Shown here piece after piece: positions 39,736-52,700 of a stretch of 64,000 bases of DNA (within the stretch, counting starts at the first letter, position 1; each line of letters begins with the position of its first letter). Both the position numbers and the translations under genes were made by a program. Source of the stretch: Azolla caroliniana (taxonomy: Eukaryota; Plantae; Polypodiophyta). The notes beneath the pieces are model-generated. The model ran no database searches and had not been told where the DNA came from. It saw nothing but the letters and a program-made list of their open reading frames with translations. The stretch covers positions 16,616,001 through 16,680,000 of the forward strand of contig JBHGNT010000008.1 of the NCBI GenBank assembly GCA_043228905.1, given 5' to 3'.

Positions 39736-40352
39736 CTTGTGTGCCGCATTAGGTGTTCTGTCGTTACCTCTGTCGACATAGCTCCAGTAACCATGCCCAA
39801 GTAGGTACTGGCACATCTTGTATGACGAAGATGCGTAGTTGGATCTGTCGAGCTTCTCCACCGGGAGTGAGCTAGCCATTCCTCTATCCATTTGTTTTTT
39901 TTTGTTCTTTACAAAGGTTAGGTTTTCTTCTTGCAAAAGTGAATGTTGGCTGTAGAGGTTCTCAACCCTTGCGCTCTTATACCATGTAGAAACAAGTAGC
40001 GTGCGGAAGCAATAGAAAACAGAAAACAGAAAACAGGTTTAATGGAGAGCTTAACAGTACGCGGGAGAGACACAGAGAGAGCACACAGAAACTCAATTAA
40101 AAAAATACTACTCAGTCTGTACATCGTATGTGTTCAACGAACACTTTTATACAAGTCCATACGGACTGACAGAAGTACGGTATACTTCAATGCTCACACG
40201 AGAGTCTGACACTAACTACGAGATATTAACTCCCTAGTAGACTAGCTGCTACTTGGCTTCCGGTTACTGCTTGATCCAGCTAACCGGCTCCCCAGCTCAC
40301 CGGTCATCCTTCTGGATGCCGATCCGGATCCGGTTGAGCTTGCCGCTCAACA
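39736..40352 (-). mobile_element. Truncated Copia: 5' LTR (39985-40352), PBS-iMet and gag N-terminus
   Basis: TG...CA LTR, PBS TGGTATAAGAGC (39973-39984), and MASSLPVEKLDRSNYAS.SYKM.QYLLGHGYWSYV. Confidence 0.8.
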
Positions 40353-41060
40353 ATAGCTAACTAGCTATTGCGAGTAGCTAGTTAGCTATTAAGAGTAGCT
40401 AATTAGCTATCTTAATAGCTAATTAGCTCTTGACCTAGCTAATTAGCTACTATGAGTAGCTAATTAGCTACTAAGGTAGCTAACTAGCTATTGACAGTTG
40501 CTAATTAGCTACCTTAATAGCTAATTAGCTCTTGACATAGCTAATTAGCTATTGCGAGTAGCTAATTAGCTAGTGTCAATATCTAATTAGCTACTCTAAA
40601 TAGCTAATTAGCTCCTCACATAGCTAACTAGCTATTGCCAGTAGCTAATTAGGTACCTTAATAGCTAATTAGCTCTTGACATAGCTAACTAGCTATTGCG
40701 AGTAGCTAATTAGCTACTATCAATAACTAATTAGCTAATGTGGTAGCTAGTTAGCTAATAATAGCTAACTAGCTATTGGTAACTAGCTAGTTAGCTATGG
40801 CCATCTTCTGAGGTAGCTAATTAGCTATTGCAGTAGCGAATTAGCTATTAATAGCTAAGTTTAGTATTGGCAATAGCGATTTAGCTATTACTAGTAGGTA
40901 GTTAGCTATGCTCATATTCTGAGATAGCTAATTAGCTATTGCAGTAGCTAATTAGTTGATAATATCTAAGTTAGCTATTGTCAATCGCTATTTAGCTATT
41001 ACCAATAGCTAGTGAGCTATGATCATATTTTGAGGTAGCTAATTAGCTAACTAACTAAGT
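40353..41060. repeat. Array of palindromic TAGCTAATTAGCTA units with short variable spacers
   Basis: About 30 or more units with a 20-21-bp period. Confidence 0.95.
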
Positions 41061-41156
41061 TTAAAAATGAAAACAAAAGTTGAGATAAATGTAAATACCT
41101 GAGGTACATCAAAAAGATGAATGGGATGCTCCTCTTATTGACTCCTTCCAACACGT

Positions 41157-44100
41157 TGTCGCGTTGTTACGCGCGTGCGTGGGGAACGAGGCGGGACCAC
41201 CGGGGTCTCGGACCGAGAAATAGCTGAGAAGGAGGAGAGCGGAAAGGCAACGGATGCACTTGCACACGCACTGACACGGGAGCACACAGGAATCACAGTC
41301 GAACAACACAGCAAAACGAGACGACTGGAAGTCCGAGTATATGAACACACATGTATATTTATATATATATCAAGGCGGTTACAACTAACAGGCTGGCAAG
41401 GCGAACACCGACGCCTGTTCACTCACACACACACACAGAAGAGCGAGATGGAGATCTTGCCGGAAGCACACGGGTGTTCCACGGAGCAGAGTCAGCCTCC
41501 CGAAAACCTGCGCAAAATAAAAGCTATGGAGAGAGACAGAGGAGAAGGGCTCGGTCCCAGTCCGGCAACACTTTGTCCTCTCTAACGCGCGATCCCTTTT
41601 TCATTCCTCTCCCTCTCTTTTATAGCCCAAGGAGGGAGGCCGTTATCACCCGTTACATCATATTAATTCTCTGTCCTTCGGACAGAGATACAATTCGATT
41701 CTCTCCCTATTGAATGTGTGCTACCTAGGATTTCACCTCAGCCGACTTGCACCTACCTACTTACTATACAACGAAAAGTGCGCTTGCGTGTAAGGGCCGG
41801 TTTACACATGCTAAACTCAGTTTCTGCCTAGGGACGGTTTTCTTCACAACATCCGTCCCCACCTAACCGCGCATCCACCGGTATGCGCCATAATTGGGCT
41901 CTTGCTGGAGAAAACCGATCCATGCTTTACTCCTCGTCTTCCGGTTCGTCATCCGCCTCGGACCGCCCGTCGTCGCCGTCCATGCTTTCCAGATCCGGCT
42001 CGCACTCGTGTCATTTCTTGAATGCTTTGACCCTCTTCCCTGCTACCGGTATTGCCATCCTCGTATCGTCGAGCTCCGCAAGATGTTAGGTCATGTTGTC
42101 GTTGGCGCCTGTCACCACGTAAGGCCCGAACCACCTCCTTGCAAACTTCCGCGTGGCCCTGTGCTGGTTGTCGAGACTGCTGTCATACACCAGGACCCAG
42201 TCGCCTTCATCGATTTTCTTCGGTCACAGTCGGTGAGTCCGGTCAAACCTCCCTTTGTTCTTCAACCTTGCCAACCGAAGCTTCTCCGCGGCTCGTTCCA
42301 CGTCCTCCGGCCTTCGCTCGAGTTGTCGAATCCGTGCCGCTAGCAGCTCCTCCCGGCTCATCTCATCTCTCCAATCCACTATGGCCCATGAGGAGATGGT
42401 TCGCTCCGTTGGCATGATCGGCCTCTGCCCGTACATAAGCTCTGCCGGCATGAACCCGGTTACCGAACTGTGCGTAGTTCGGTCCGCCCATAATGCGTAA
42501 GGAAGGAGCCGTGGCCAATTCTCGACCTGCCCTCCGCATGCACGCACAAAAGCCTTTACGATCGGCCCATGCCCACGCTTTACTTTCCTGTTCGCCTCCG
42601 GATTGTACGCCATAGTGAGGGAGAGTTTGACCCCTAGCCGGTCGAACAACTCAACTTCCCGTGCATCCAACTCTCCCCGGTCCGCCACGATCCTCCCGAC
42701 GCACCTGTATCGACACACTACCTCTTCGATTAGGAACCGGCATACCGCCACGGTTGTCTTGTTCTGCAGTGCATGCCCTTCAACCTGGTTCGTCAAGTCT
42801 TCCCGCGCAAGCACCAGGTAACGCATATGTCCTACCCCCATCGGCATCGAAACCAAATCCACCATCCATTTGAAGTGGACGGTCGGAGGGTAGGTCGGGT
42901 GAAGCTCGTCCCGATGTCGGACTATGGAGTGCATCTGGTAGCTTTCGCAAGTTGTCACGAACCGATGCACGTCCCGGTACAGTCCGGACCACCAGTATTT
43001 CCCCTTCAACTTCTCTAACGTGGCCCACGTTCCGTGGTGTCCAGCCCAGGGACTCTCGTGGTAGGCCTCCAGCAACTCCTCCTGTTACTCCTTCTTCGCC
43101 ACCACTCGGAGCGGGATGTCATCCCTCTTCTTTGGGTGCTTCCATATGCACCCGTCCCAAAGGAAGAATCGGTACGCTTTCTTCCGGATCTGGTTGGTCT
43201 CTTCCTTTGTCCACGCCGCGTCCGGTGTCATTGTTTTCAGGAGCTCGCCGATCTGGACCCACTCCCCATCGTACTTGCTCTCGTCGAATTCGTTAAGCGC
43301 CGGAGTGCTCCCCTCTCTGGTCGTCACGTATGCCGCCTCGAAGAAATCTACGCCGATTTCCTCGTCCTCCGAAACCATGCCGTCCTCCTTTTCGAACCTC
43401 GCCCTTGAGAGCATGTCGGCCATGGCATTGTCCTTCCCGGAAATGTGTCGTATCTCCGGATTCAAGGACTTGATGTACGCTATCCACCTGAGCATCGCGC
43501 ATCCGGAAACCATGCCGAGAATCGATAGGCAGTCCGTCTCGATTATTACCTCTGTCCCGATCAGATAGTCTTTTTATCGGCCTTCACCGCCGAAACGACA
43601 CCCCAGAGTTCGCGTTTACCCTGGGCGTATCCTCGCTGTCGCTCATTGAGGACCTTCGCGCCGAACCGGATGGGGAACCTCGTGCCAACGTCATCCTCTT
43701 GGTTGATCACCCATCCGATCCCGGTCGGACTCGTGTCTATGGTTACGTAAATCGGAGTGTCTTTGCCGTAGACAGCCTTTCAGAGCGCCGGTGTCGTGGC
43801 AAGTGCTTCCTTCATCTTCCGGACTGACTCCGCATGCTCGTCTCCCCACTCGAATTTACGCCCTTTCTTCAGCAACCCATACAGCGGCTCCATGACGTGG
43901 GCGTAATGCGGGATCCAGATATGGTAGAACGCGCATGCTCCCAAGAATCTCCGAACCTCCGTAACCGAATTGTAGTCATGCTTCATCGCGGAGATGGCTT
44001 CCACCTTGGCCGGAGACGGTTTCCGTCCATATGGTCCGCATAGGTGCACGACGACCATGATCTCTTATTGCCCGAAGGCCTATTTTTCCCCAGAGAAGGT

Positions 44101-47100
44101 GAGCCTCGCGCCCTCTAGTCTCTGCAACACCTTCTCACAGTCATCAATGTGCATCGCCACGAAATTCTGACATCCGTCCGGTCCGATTGTCTCGTCCTTT
44201 TCCTCCACCGGGCATCCCCTGATCGGGATGTCGTCTAAGAATGGCATGGTGATGTCCGGGATGCAGTCCCTCAGCACTTTTTTCATTGCGTTCACCATAT
44301 GCGCCACAGAGTTCATCCCGCCTTGCGGTAGGGTACACATCCGTACTAGGCCGAGAGGGGTTCACATCGTCGTGATATCCCTGCTCTCCACGGCTAGCTG
44401 GAACTAGTCGTACCCCAAGTATAAGTCACCGACCGAATAGATTGACCTCCCAGCGAAGGCCTCCGCAACGCCTGTTGACGGTTTGCAGGTCCTGAATGAA
44501 GCCCAGTGTGTCATTCTTCTTCGGCACCGTAAACCACTGATTCGAATACAGGGCACTCGACGGTTCAAGGATGCCCATCTCCACCCTTTGCTTCAGAAGC
44601 TCCATCAACTTCGGGATGTGAGCTCTCGGCACCAGAATTGGTTTGAGATTCCACGGTACATGCGGTACTGTAAGATCACCATCGGTTCGACGATCGTCGG
44701 GTCCACGCACCTGATCTCCTCCGGCGAGAACGCGAATGCTTTCCCATGCCTTCCGAGCATTCTCCAAAACCTGTTCTCCTCCGCCGGCAGTAGAAAGCCA
44801 CCCCCACCAACCTTGTATTAGGAAACAGGTCCCTCCAGATGGGAAGTGAGAAGAAACCGGATGACGAGTACCCAGCTACCGAGGACCCGGTGAGAACCAG
44901 ATGACGAGCACCCGGCAACGGAAGACCCGGTGAGAACCGGATGTGGAGTACCCGGAAACAGAAGACCCGGTGAGAACCGGATGATGTGTGCCCAGCAAGC
45001 GCCGGATGATGCAGGCCCGGTGAGGAGTGCTCACCGGATGAAGGGACATATTCGTAAATATGTTTCTGAGAGTCCATCGGGGCTATATTTGTAAATAGTC
45101 GAAAAGTCATATTAGTATAAATATGACTTAGGGCAAACTTAGTTGTTGTTATCATTCTTGTTGGCGCAAGATTAGAGCGCAACTGTGTATAGAGAGAGAG
45201 AGAGAGAGAAAGAGACGAAGAGTTCGTATCTCTGTTGTAACCGCCGCCTGTGGCGAAGATAGTGAACAAGAGGTCGTTGCCTCTGTGTTCATCTATTGTA
45301 TTTTTGTTACATAGTGATAGTTAGCAATCAGTGGACTGCCGTGGTTTTTCCCGTGTTTGGGTTTTCCACGTAAACATCCTATGTACTCTTCTCTCCATTG
45401 TGTCGTGCATTCATTCCCGTTTTCTGTGTTTGATCCTAAGCTTGGTTGTGGCCGAGCGTTGTTCATCGGGAGCGTGTAGTTCCTGTCACCTTCAACTCTC
45501 GTAGCGTTATGTCGGTGAACCAGTGCCCTACGCCAACCGGATTCCGTAAACTCAGGTTCGACGCGACCCCTTTTTTCCGCTCCTCGCTGCCCTCCGGCAA
45601 GGGTGCCGCGACTGGCCTCACCTTCCGGTCCACAGTCTTGTACTTTGTATCCACGCGGGCCGTCCGATCCGACCCCATCCTTTCTCCGAAGTTCGCGATG
45701 ACTTCGTACATTCCCATCGATCCTACCGGAACGGTCCGGTCTTCTCTAAGGTCTTCACCGATCACCTTTCGCAACTCGCCCAAGGTGTCGTCAAAAGAGA
45801 CGCCTCCACGGCTCCACTGATCTCTTCGTCGGGGGAGAGGACTCCGCATCTCCTGAGCTGCTCCTCCGCTCGCTTCTTTTCCCGGCCGTTGACATCGGCC
45901 ATAGTACAACCTCAGTTGTCGGAGAACCAAAATTTCCTACCTATGGTACAGGTCTTCTTCTGTACTATACATTTGTGGGGTTTTTCTGGGGTGTCCGGAC
46001 TATCGCGGCCCCACGCCTTGATAGCCCTCTCTAAAAATCCCCTCGGGTTTCGCCACCGAGGGTTTCACGGTTATGCTCATGGTTTGGTCGCACCGTCAGG
46101 AACTGGACCGAGTGACGCCCGTCCTGGCTCTTGACTCTCGCGTAGGCCAAACCGTTGTCCAGCACCTTGGTTTCCATCCGTGCCGCCGTGATGTATGGTT
46201 CTCCTAGTATAACCGGATGCGAGGACGTCTCCTGCACGAAGAAGTGTTGGTCGATCTCGACATCATCGATCTTCACCCGTACATTCGGGCATGCTCCATG
46301 TAGTTCTTCCGTGGCCCGCGTCGTTGCCCGTATTTTCCAGCCGTGTTTGGTGTTGATCGGTCATTTCCCCTTTTTGTAGAAGTCCATGGACATCAAGTTG
46401 ATTTCTGAACCGTGGTCCACCAACGCCATCACCGGCTCATGGACATCCTCGACCTTAACAGGGGTCTCCGTGATCACTCTGGCCCAGTGCGGCCTCGAAT
46501 AGTGGCTCTCCGCCAACTCGTCTTCTAGCGCCATGTCCTCTATGTGCGTCGTTCACACTTCCACCGGCTTCTCCGGCTCTGGCTTTGTCGACAGCCTCTT
46601 CCTCTTTACCAAGTCTACGATGGAGTCGTGGAACTCCTTCTTGGCGATCCCGAGCACTTCCCTTAGCGACAGCTCCACTTTGCTGTCGAGGATACGTTCC
46701 TCTAGGACCTTTCGCAGGTCCGTGGTCCTTTCGATTTCCGTGCTCAACCGGTACCCGGCCTTCTTCGCTTTATCTGGTGTGCCGGTCACACCGGCCTCAT
46801 TCTGTCTTTGACTGAATCGAGTCTCGTACCGTTGCGAGGGCCCAGCCCCTCCGGTTTTACCTACTCTCTTGTCTTCCACCAGATCCTCGTAGTTCTGGCA
46901 TGCGGCCTCGACGAAGCCCGTCTTCTCTTCGATCGGGTCACTCCACCCAGTTACCTCCCGGACCCGTTTCTCCGCGCAGTCTGCTTCTTCTTTCCTTAGC
47001 TGTGTGCCGGCGAGGCCTTCTAGCATCAACGGCCAGAATCCGGCTTCGTTCTTCTTCTGGGCCTCACCACCTCTGACCCGGATCCCAGCCGACGCCGAGT

Positions 47101-48632
47101 AGTGGACGGTCTCCGCGTGGCGAGCCGCCGCCTCTTCCATCAACTGTTTCATACCCCCTCGTCCAACATTCAGGTCCAGGGCCCTTCGGGTCTCGCTAGC
47201 GTGCACCCGACCGTTCCATAGGTACACCACGTTAGCTCTCATTGCCTCGGCGAAGTCCCCGCAATCCTTCCGGACGTAGCCGAGCGAGTCGCACCACAAA
47301 CATCGGTTTCCAGCTAGAGGCCTTCAGTCCCGGGCCTGTTCGCCGCCTTCCCTCCGTGCATGCGCAATCTGGAGGTCCTTTACCATCCTAGTCAGCTCCT
47401 CTAGAGCTGCTCCTCCGGACAAACCTTTGACCATGCCGGTCGAAGTCGATCTGGTCTCGAGCCACTCTCGGGTCTCTTCCCTTTGTGCTAGTGGGGTCGG
47501 TTCGAGTTTCCTTACTACTACAGAGCCCGCCCCTGTTGATCCTTTATCAACCCACTCTCGTCGTTTGTCGAAACGGCCACAGACCCTCTTCACCACGGCC
47601 CAGTCGGCCTTCAACCCATCATCAGTCTCCAGCAGGAGACCCACTTGCTCCCGATCCCTCGCATCTACCGACTTAACGAACAGCAGGACGCGACTCGTGT
47701 CTAGTACGGTCCGGTCGAGCGTCAAAAGCCGCGCGAAGCATTCTTAAAACTCCCGAAGGAGCACCGACGCGTTTCTCCCCTTTTCAGGGGTCTCTACCCA
47801 TTCCATGAAGTCCCATTTCGAGAATCGAAGCGCGTCATCAAGCCCGTATTTTTCGAGGAGCCGACCTTCAAACTCTTCCCAGGACCGACTCTCAGCCCGT
47901 ACCTCAAGCACCTCTGCATGGATGCCCGGCATCGCCACCTGAGGGAATCCAGTCAGTCGCCTTTCTTCCGGAATGTCTCTCATTACCATCTCAGCCCGAT
48001 AGGCCTCCAAATAGCTCATGGCGTCCTTCCCACCGAACCGGCCTATCGTGCCAACGACTGCTTCAATAGCCCTATCGAGGGCGCCCGCGCCTTCGCGCGC
48101 ACTCACTATCTGATCCACAGCCGAAGCCATGGCATCCGCGAGATCCAACTCCCTCATCTTTCTATTCCTCGGCCACCTGTTCACGTCGGGTTCACCAAAT
48201 ATGTCGCGTTGTTACGTGCGTGCGTGGGGAACAAGGCGGGACCACCGGGGTCTCGGACCGAGAAATAGCTGAGAAGGAGGAGAGCGGAAAGGCAACGGAC
48301 GCACTTGCACATGCACTGACACGGGAGCACACAAGAATCACAGTCCAACAACACAGCAAAACGAGACAACTGGAAGTCCGAGTATATGAACACACATGTA
48401 TATTTATATATATATCGAGACGGTTACAACTGTTACATCATATTAATTCTCTGTTCTTTCGGACAGAGATACAATTCGATTCTCTCCCTATTGAATGCGT
48501 GCTACCTAGGATTTCACCTTAGCCGACTTGCAACAACCTACTTACTAGACAACGAAAAGTGCGCTCGCGTGTAAGGGCCAGTTTACACATGCTAAACTCG
48601 GTTTCCGCCTACGGACGGTTTTCTTCACAACA
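41157..48632 (-). mobile_element. tRNA-Trp-primed Ty3/Gypsy element, degenerate (LTRs 41157-41851 and 48202-48632), 4-bp TSD ACGT/ACAT
   Basis: PBS-Trp 48180-48197, gag with CWCD...H-like knuckle, PR VDHGSEINLM, RT LPQGGMNSVAH/FLDD, RNase H, integrase and PPT GGTGGGGACGGA. Confidence 0.9.
44816..45488 (+). mobile_element. Solo Copia LTR related to the 31404-36983 family
   Basis: Reverse-complement similarity to 31404-32128. TSD CCTTG/CCTTC; removal restores ELKVGGG in the host pol. Confidence 0.85.
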
Positions 48633-49361
48633 ACATTTCCTGAATAAATCCTTCTTATTGGATGAAACCCTACTCTCATTAATCCAAAATATGGTGATTA
48701 TATCTTTGATTTTTGATGTTATGTGTGCCATTGGCTTACATCTTGTTGTTAGCTTTACCGGACTAGTTCCTTGACCACTTGAAATTATCCGGTTCATTGT
48801 ATTGTACACATTTTTTCTACTAACACCAATTATATTAGATAGCGCACTTATGTTAAGATTGTCAACATCACTATTAAGTAACATCATTAGACTAGACCTT
48901 TTTAAGACAAGATCATCAGATTCTGACCTACTCATGGATACGAAACTATTACGGAGATTATTTACTAGTACAAATGTTATGTTTGCATTAAGACCATCAA
49001 AATCAACTAATTCCTTTATCGATGGATCATTTAATATTCCATAAAGTACTACCTTCTTGTCTTCAAGGCTGATGTGCTTGGTTTGATCATTGAAATAGTC
49101 TATAACCTTTCTCTCTATGATAGTAGTCTCCTTACTTCCATTCTCAATGGTATTTGGACCTATATCGCAACCAATGCTATCATCACCTTTAGTGAATGTG
49201 ACTTTTGTATCCTTCAACAATTGACGATGTTTCCTTTTTTTTTCTGCCCAATACTTTCGTATCGCTTGTTGTGTCCTGATAGCGTCATCTCTATCCTGAT
49301 CATCCATGAGGGGTATTGGTAAACACCCTCCTTCCCCTTCCATTTGGCTTAACATATTCAT
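48633..49361 (-). pseudogene. Putative DNA-transposon ORF split by the Gypsy insertion; continues at 41156-41099
   Basis: ...FWINESRVSSNKKDLFRK | RVGRSQ*EEHPIHLFDVPQ, then a GT donor at 41098. Removing a 4-bp TSD restores the frame. An HTH-like segment (ISALSNIIGVSRKNVY) is present. Confidence 0.55.
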
Positions 49362-49751
49362 TATTAAATTTCCACAAAAAAGACACGTAACTAATTACTA
49401 ACCACATGCAAACTGGTTATTCATAGGAGCGATTCCACCATTGGTAAGTTTATGTTTGTTGCAGCGGAGTGAAAGCTATTGAACCACCATCGGGAACAAG
49501 CTAAGATCACTATGGGCAACAACAAGACACAAAATTATTCCGCAATACACAAGATAATCAACAGACATGATAGTTATTGCAATCCAGGACCGGACAGTGG
49601 TAGTAACTAAGTGTAGAATGACAGCAATGGAGGAGTGAACTTTGTCGGATCGAACATTTATTGCAAATCCAGGACCGAACTGTGGAGGCAACTAAGTGTG
49701 GAATGGTAGCAATGGTGGAGTGAACTCCATCATATCAAACTGTGGGAGATG

Positions 49752-52700
49752 TGTTGCGAATCAACGCTCCGATTCGCCTTCACCGCTCGGCCACAACCGA
49801 GAAATCGCGAATCAATGCAGCAGAAAATAGGAAACACAGAGAAAGACACGATAACACAGGAATTAACGTGGAAAACCCTATACGGGAAAAACCACGGGAG
49901 TCCTCAAACTCCAACTATCACTATGAACAGAGATGTACAATGGTGAAGCTTCAAGGCAACAACCTTGAGCTCACTGTCTTCGCCACAGGCGGCGGTAATA
50001 CACAGAGGCAACGACCTCTTCGTCTCTCTCTCTCTCTCTCTCTCTCGGCTGCTCTCTTCACTCTCTCTGAGTGGAAAAACAGAAAATGAGCAACAACTTA
50101 CAGCCATAATAAACAGTTTGCCCTAAGTCATATTTATACACATATGACTTTCGGGCTATTTACAAATATAGCCTCAAGGGCCCTTGGCAAACATATTCAC
50201 AAATATGTCCCCTGCATCCGGATCTCTCTCTCCGGGTACATTCGTCATCCAGCTCCGTAGCCGGGGTCTTCATCATCCGGCTCTGTAGCCGGGGTCTTCA
50301 TCATCCGGCTCCGTAGCCGGGGTCTTCATCATCCGTCTCCGTAGCCGGGGTCTTCATCATCCGGCTCCGTAGCCGAAACCGGGCTTGCCGTCATTCATCT
50401 CCGGACATCCCATCCGGAGGGACCGTAAATCCCAACAAACTCCCCCTTCACTTCGGCATGGGATGTCTCTCCAATCCGATCCTCTTCCGGCATGCTTCCA
50501 GCTTGTCGGGTGTAAGTACCTTGGTCAGCATATCCGACCCGTTCTCGTCCGTGTGGATCTTCGTCAGCACGAACTCCTTGTCTTCTATCCTTTCCCGGAT
50601 CCAGTGGTATCTACGCTGGATGTGCTTCGTCCGGGAGTGATAGGCCGCATTCTTCGCAAGGTGGATGGCACTCTGACTGTCGCAGTAGAGTCAGTACTCC
50701 TCCTGCTGGATTCCGAGCTCTCTAATGAAGTCCTTCATCCATATTATTTCCTTGCCGGCTTCAACAGCCGCCATGTACTCCGCCTCCGTGGTTGACAACG
50801 CAACCGTCTTCTGCAGCCTCGACTGCCACGAAACAGCTCCACCTGCATACGTCATCACATACCCTGATGTGGACCGGCTGGTATCTGCATCAGCCGACAT
50901 ATCCGAATCGGTAAAGCCGTCGAGTTCGGGCTTACCGGAGCCGAATCGGAGGCATACTTTTGTCGTGCCCTTCAGGTATCGGAGTATCCACTTGGCCGCG
51001 TTCCAGTGCTCTTTGCCGGGATTGCTCATGTACCGGCTCACCACTCCGACTGCGTATCCTATGTCCGGTCTTGTACACACCATTGCGTACATCAAACTTC
51101 CGACGGCAGAGGCATATGGTACTTTCATCATGTCCTCCTTCTCAGCCTTTGTCTTAGGGCTTTGCTTGCTGGACAACTTGCAGTTTGCCGGGAGGGTCGA
51201 TCCGACCGGTCTTGCTTCCGACATGTTGAACCGTTGAAGCACCTTTGTCACGTACTTCTCCTGTGACAGCCACAACTGCTTCTTCCTCCGGTCCCGGATG
51301 ATGTGCATCCCTAGTATTTGCCTCGCCGGACCCAAGTCCTTCATTGAGAAGGTTCGGTGAAGAGCCTTCTTCAGCATCCGTATCTTGACCTGGTCCCGTC
51401 CGACGATCAACATGTCGTCCACGTACAGGAGGAGTATTAGAAAGTCTCCTCCCTCGAACTTCTTCACAAACACGCAGTGATCGGACTGCGTTTTGTGGTA
51501 CCCTTCGTCGGTCATGAAAGAGTCGAACTTCCGGTACCATTGCCGGGGAGCCTGCTTCAGTCCGTAAAGGCTCTTCTTCAACCGGCATACCAGGTGCTCC
51601 TTCCCTTTCTTCTCGAATCCTTCCGGTTGCTGCATGTAGATCTCTTCTTCGAGGTCACCGTGAAGGAATGCCGTCTTCATGTCCATCTGTTCTACCTCGA
51701 GGTCCATGCTTGCCGCTATGCTCAGCACCGTCCGGATGGAGGTCATCTTCACTACCGGGGCAAATATCTCGTCGAAGTCGACGCCCTTCTTCTGCTGGAA
51801 CCCCTTCACCACGATCCTGGCTTTGTATCTCGGGGGGTTTCCGGCATCTCCCGGTTTCAGCTTGAACACCCACTTGTTTCGAAGTGCCCGTTTTCCTTTC
51901 GGCAACTCCACAAGTTCATATGTGTGGTTCTCATGCAGGGAATCCATCGCCTCCTGCATGGCACTTAACCACCTGCGGCTATGGGTGTCAAGCTTCGCTT
52001 CTTCAAAACTCTCCGGCTCCCCCTCGTCGGTTAGCAGCACGTGCTCTGGTTCCGGAAATCTCCGGGGGGCCCTTCTCTCTCTTAGAGGATATCTCCGTTC
52101 CGGAGCTTCGATAACCGGCTCCTCCGTTTCCTCTTCATCCGAATCCATTTCGGGATCGGGGCCGGTTCCGGTATCAGTTTCATCTTCTTCGGCCGGTTCT
52201 GTTTCTTCACCGTCTTCGGCCGGGTCTTCGAGTGTTAACCGGTCCCTTGCCGGTCGGGACTGCTCCTCGTAGAGTTTATACTCACCGGTCGACTTGGAGC
52301 TCTTCATCTTCTTCTCCGACTCCCAGTCGGCGAGTGTCTTGTTCTCCATGAAGATGATATCACGACTCCGGAATATCTTCTTGTCGACCGGGTCCCATAC
52401 TCGGTAGCCGAACTCGTCATCGCCGTAACCGAGGAATATGCATGGCCGGGTCTTTGGATCTAGCTTTCCTCTCCGGTCCTTTGCTACATGCACATATGCG
52501 AGACACCCGAACACCTTCAGATGCCGATAGGATACTTCCCTACCGGTCCACACTCTTTGCGGCGTGTCTCCGTCCAAACGTACTGAGGGTGATCTGTTTA
52601 TCACGTATGTCGCCGTCGACATTGCCTCAGCCCAAAACCCCTTGGGTAATTTCGCATGCGCCAGCATACTCCGGACCCTCTCCATTATGGTCCGGTTCAT

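Noticed and set aside
40353-41060. CRISPR array
   Set aside because: Spacers are only 6-7 nt and recur, no cas genes are present, and the context is eukaryotic.
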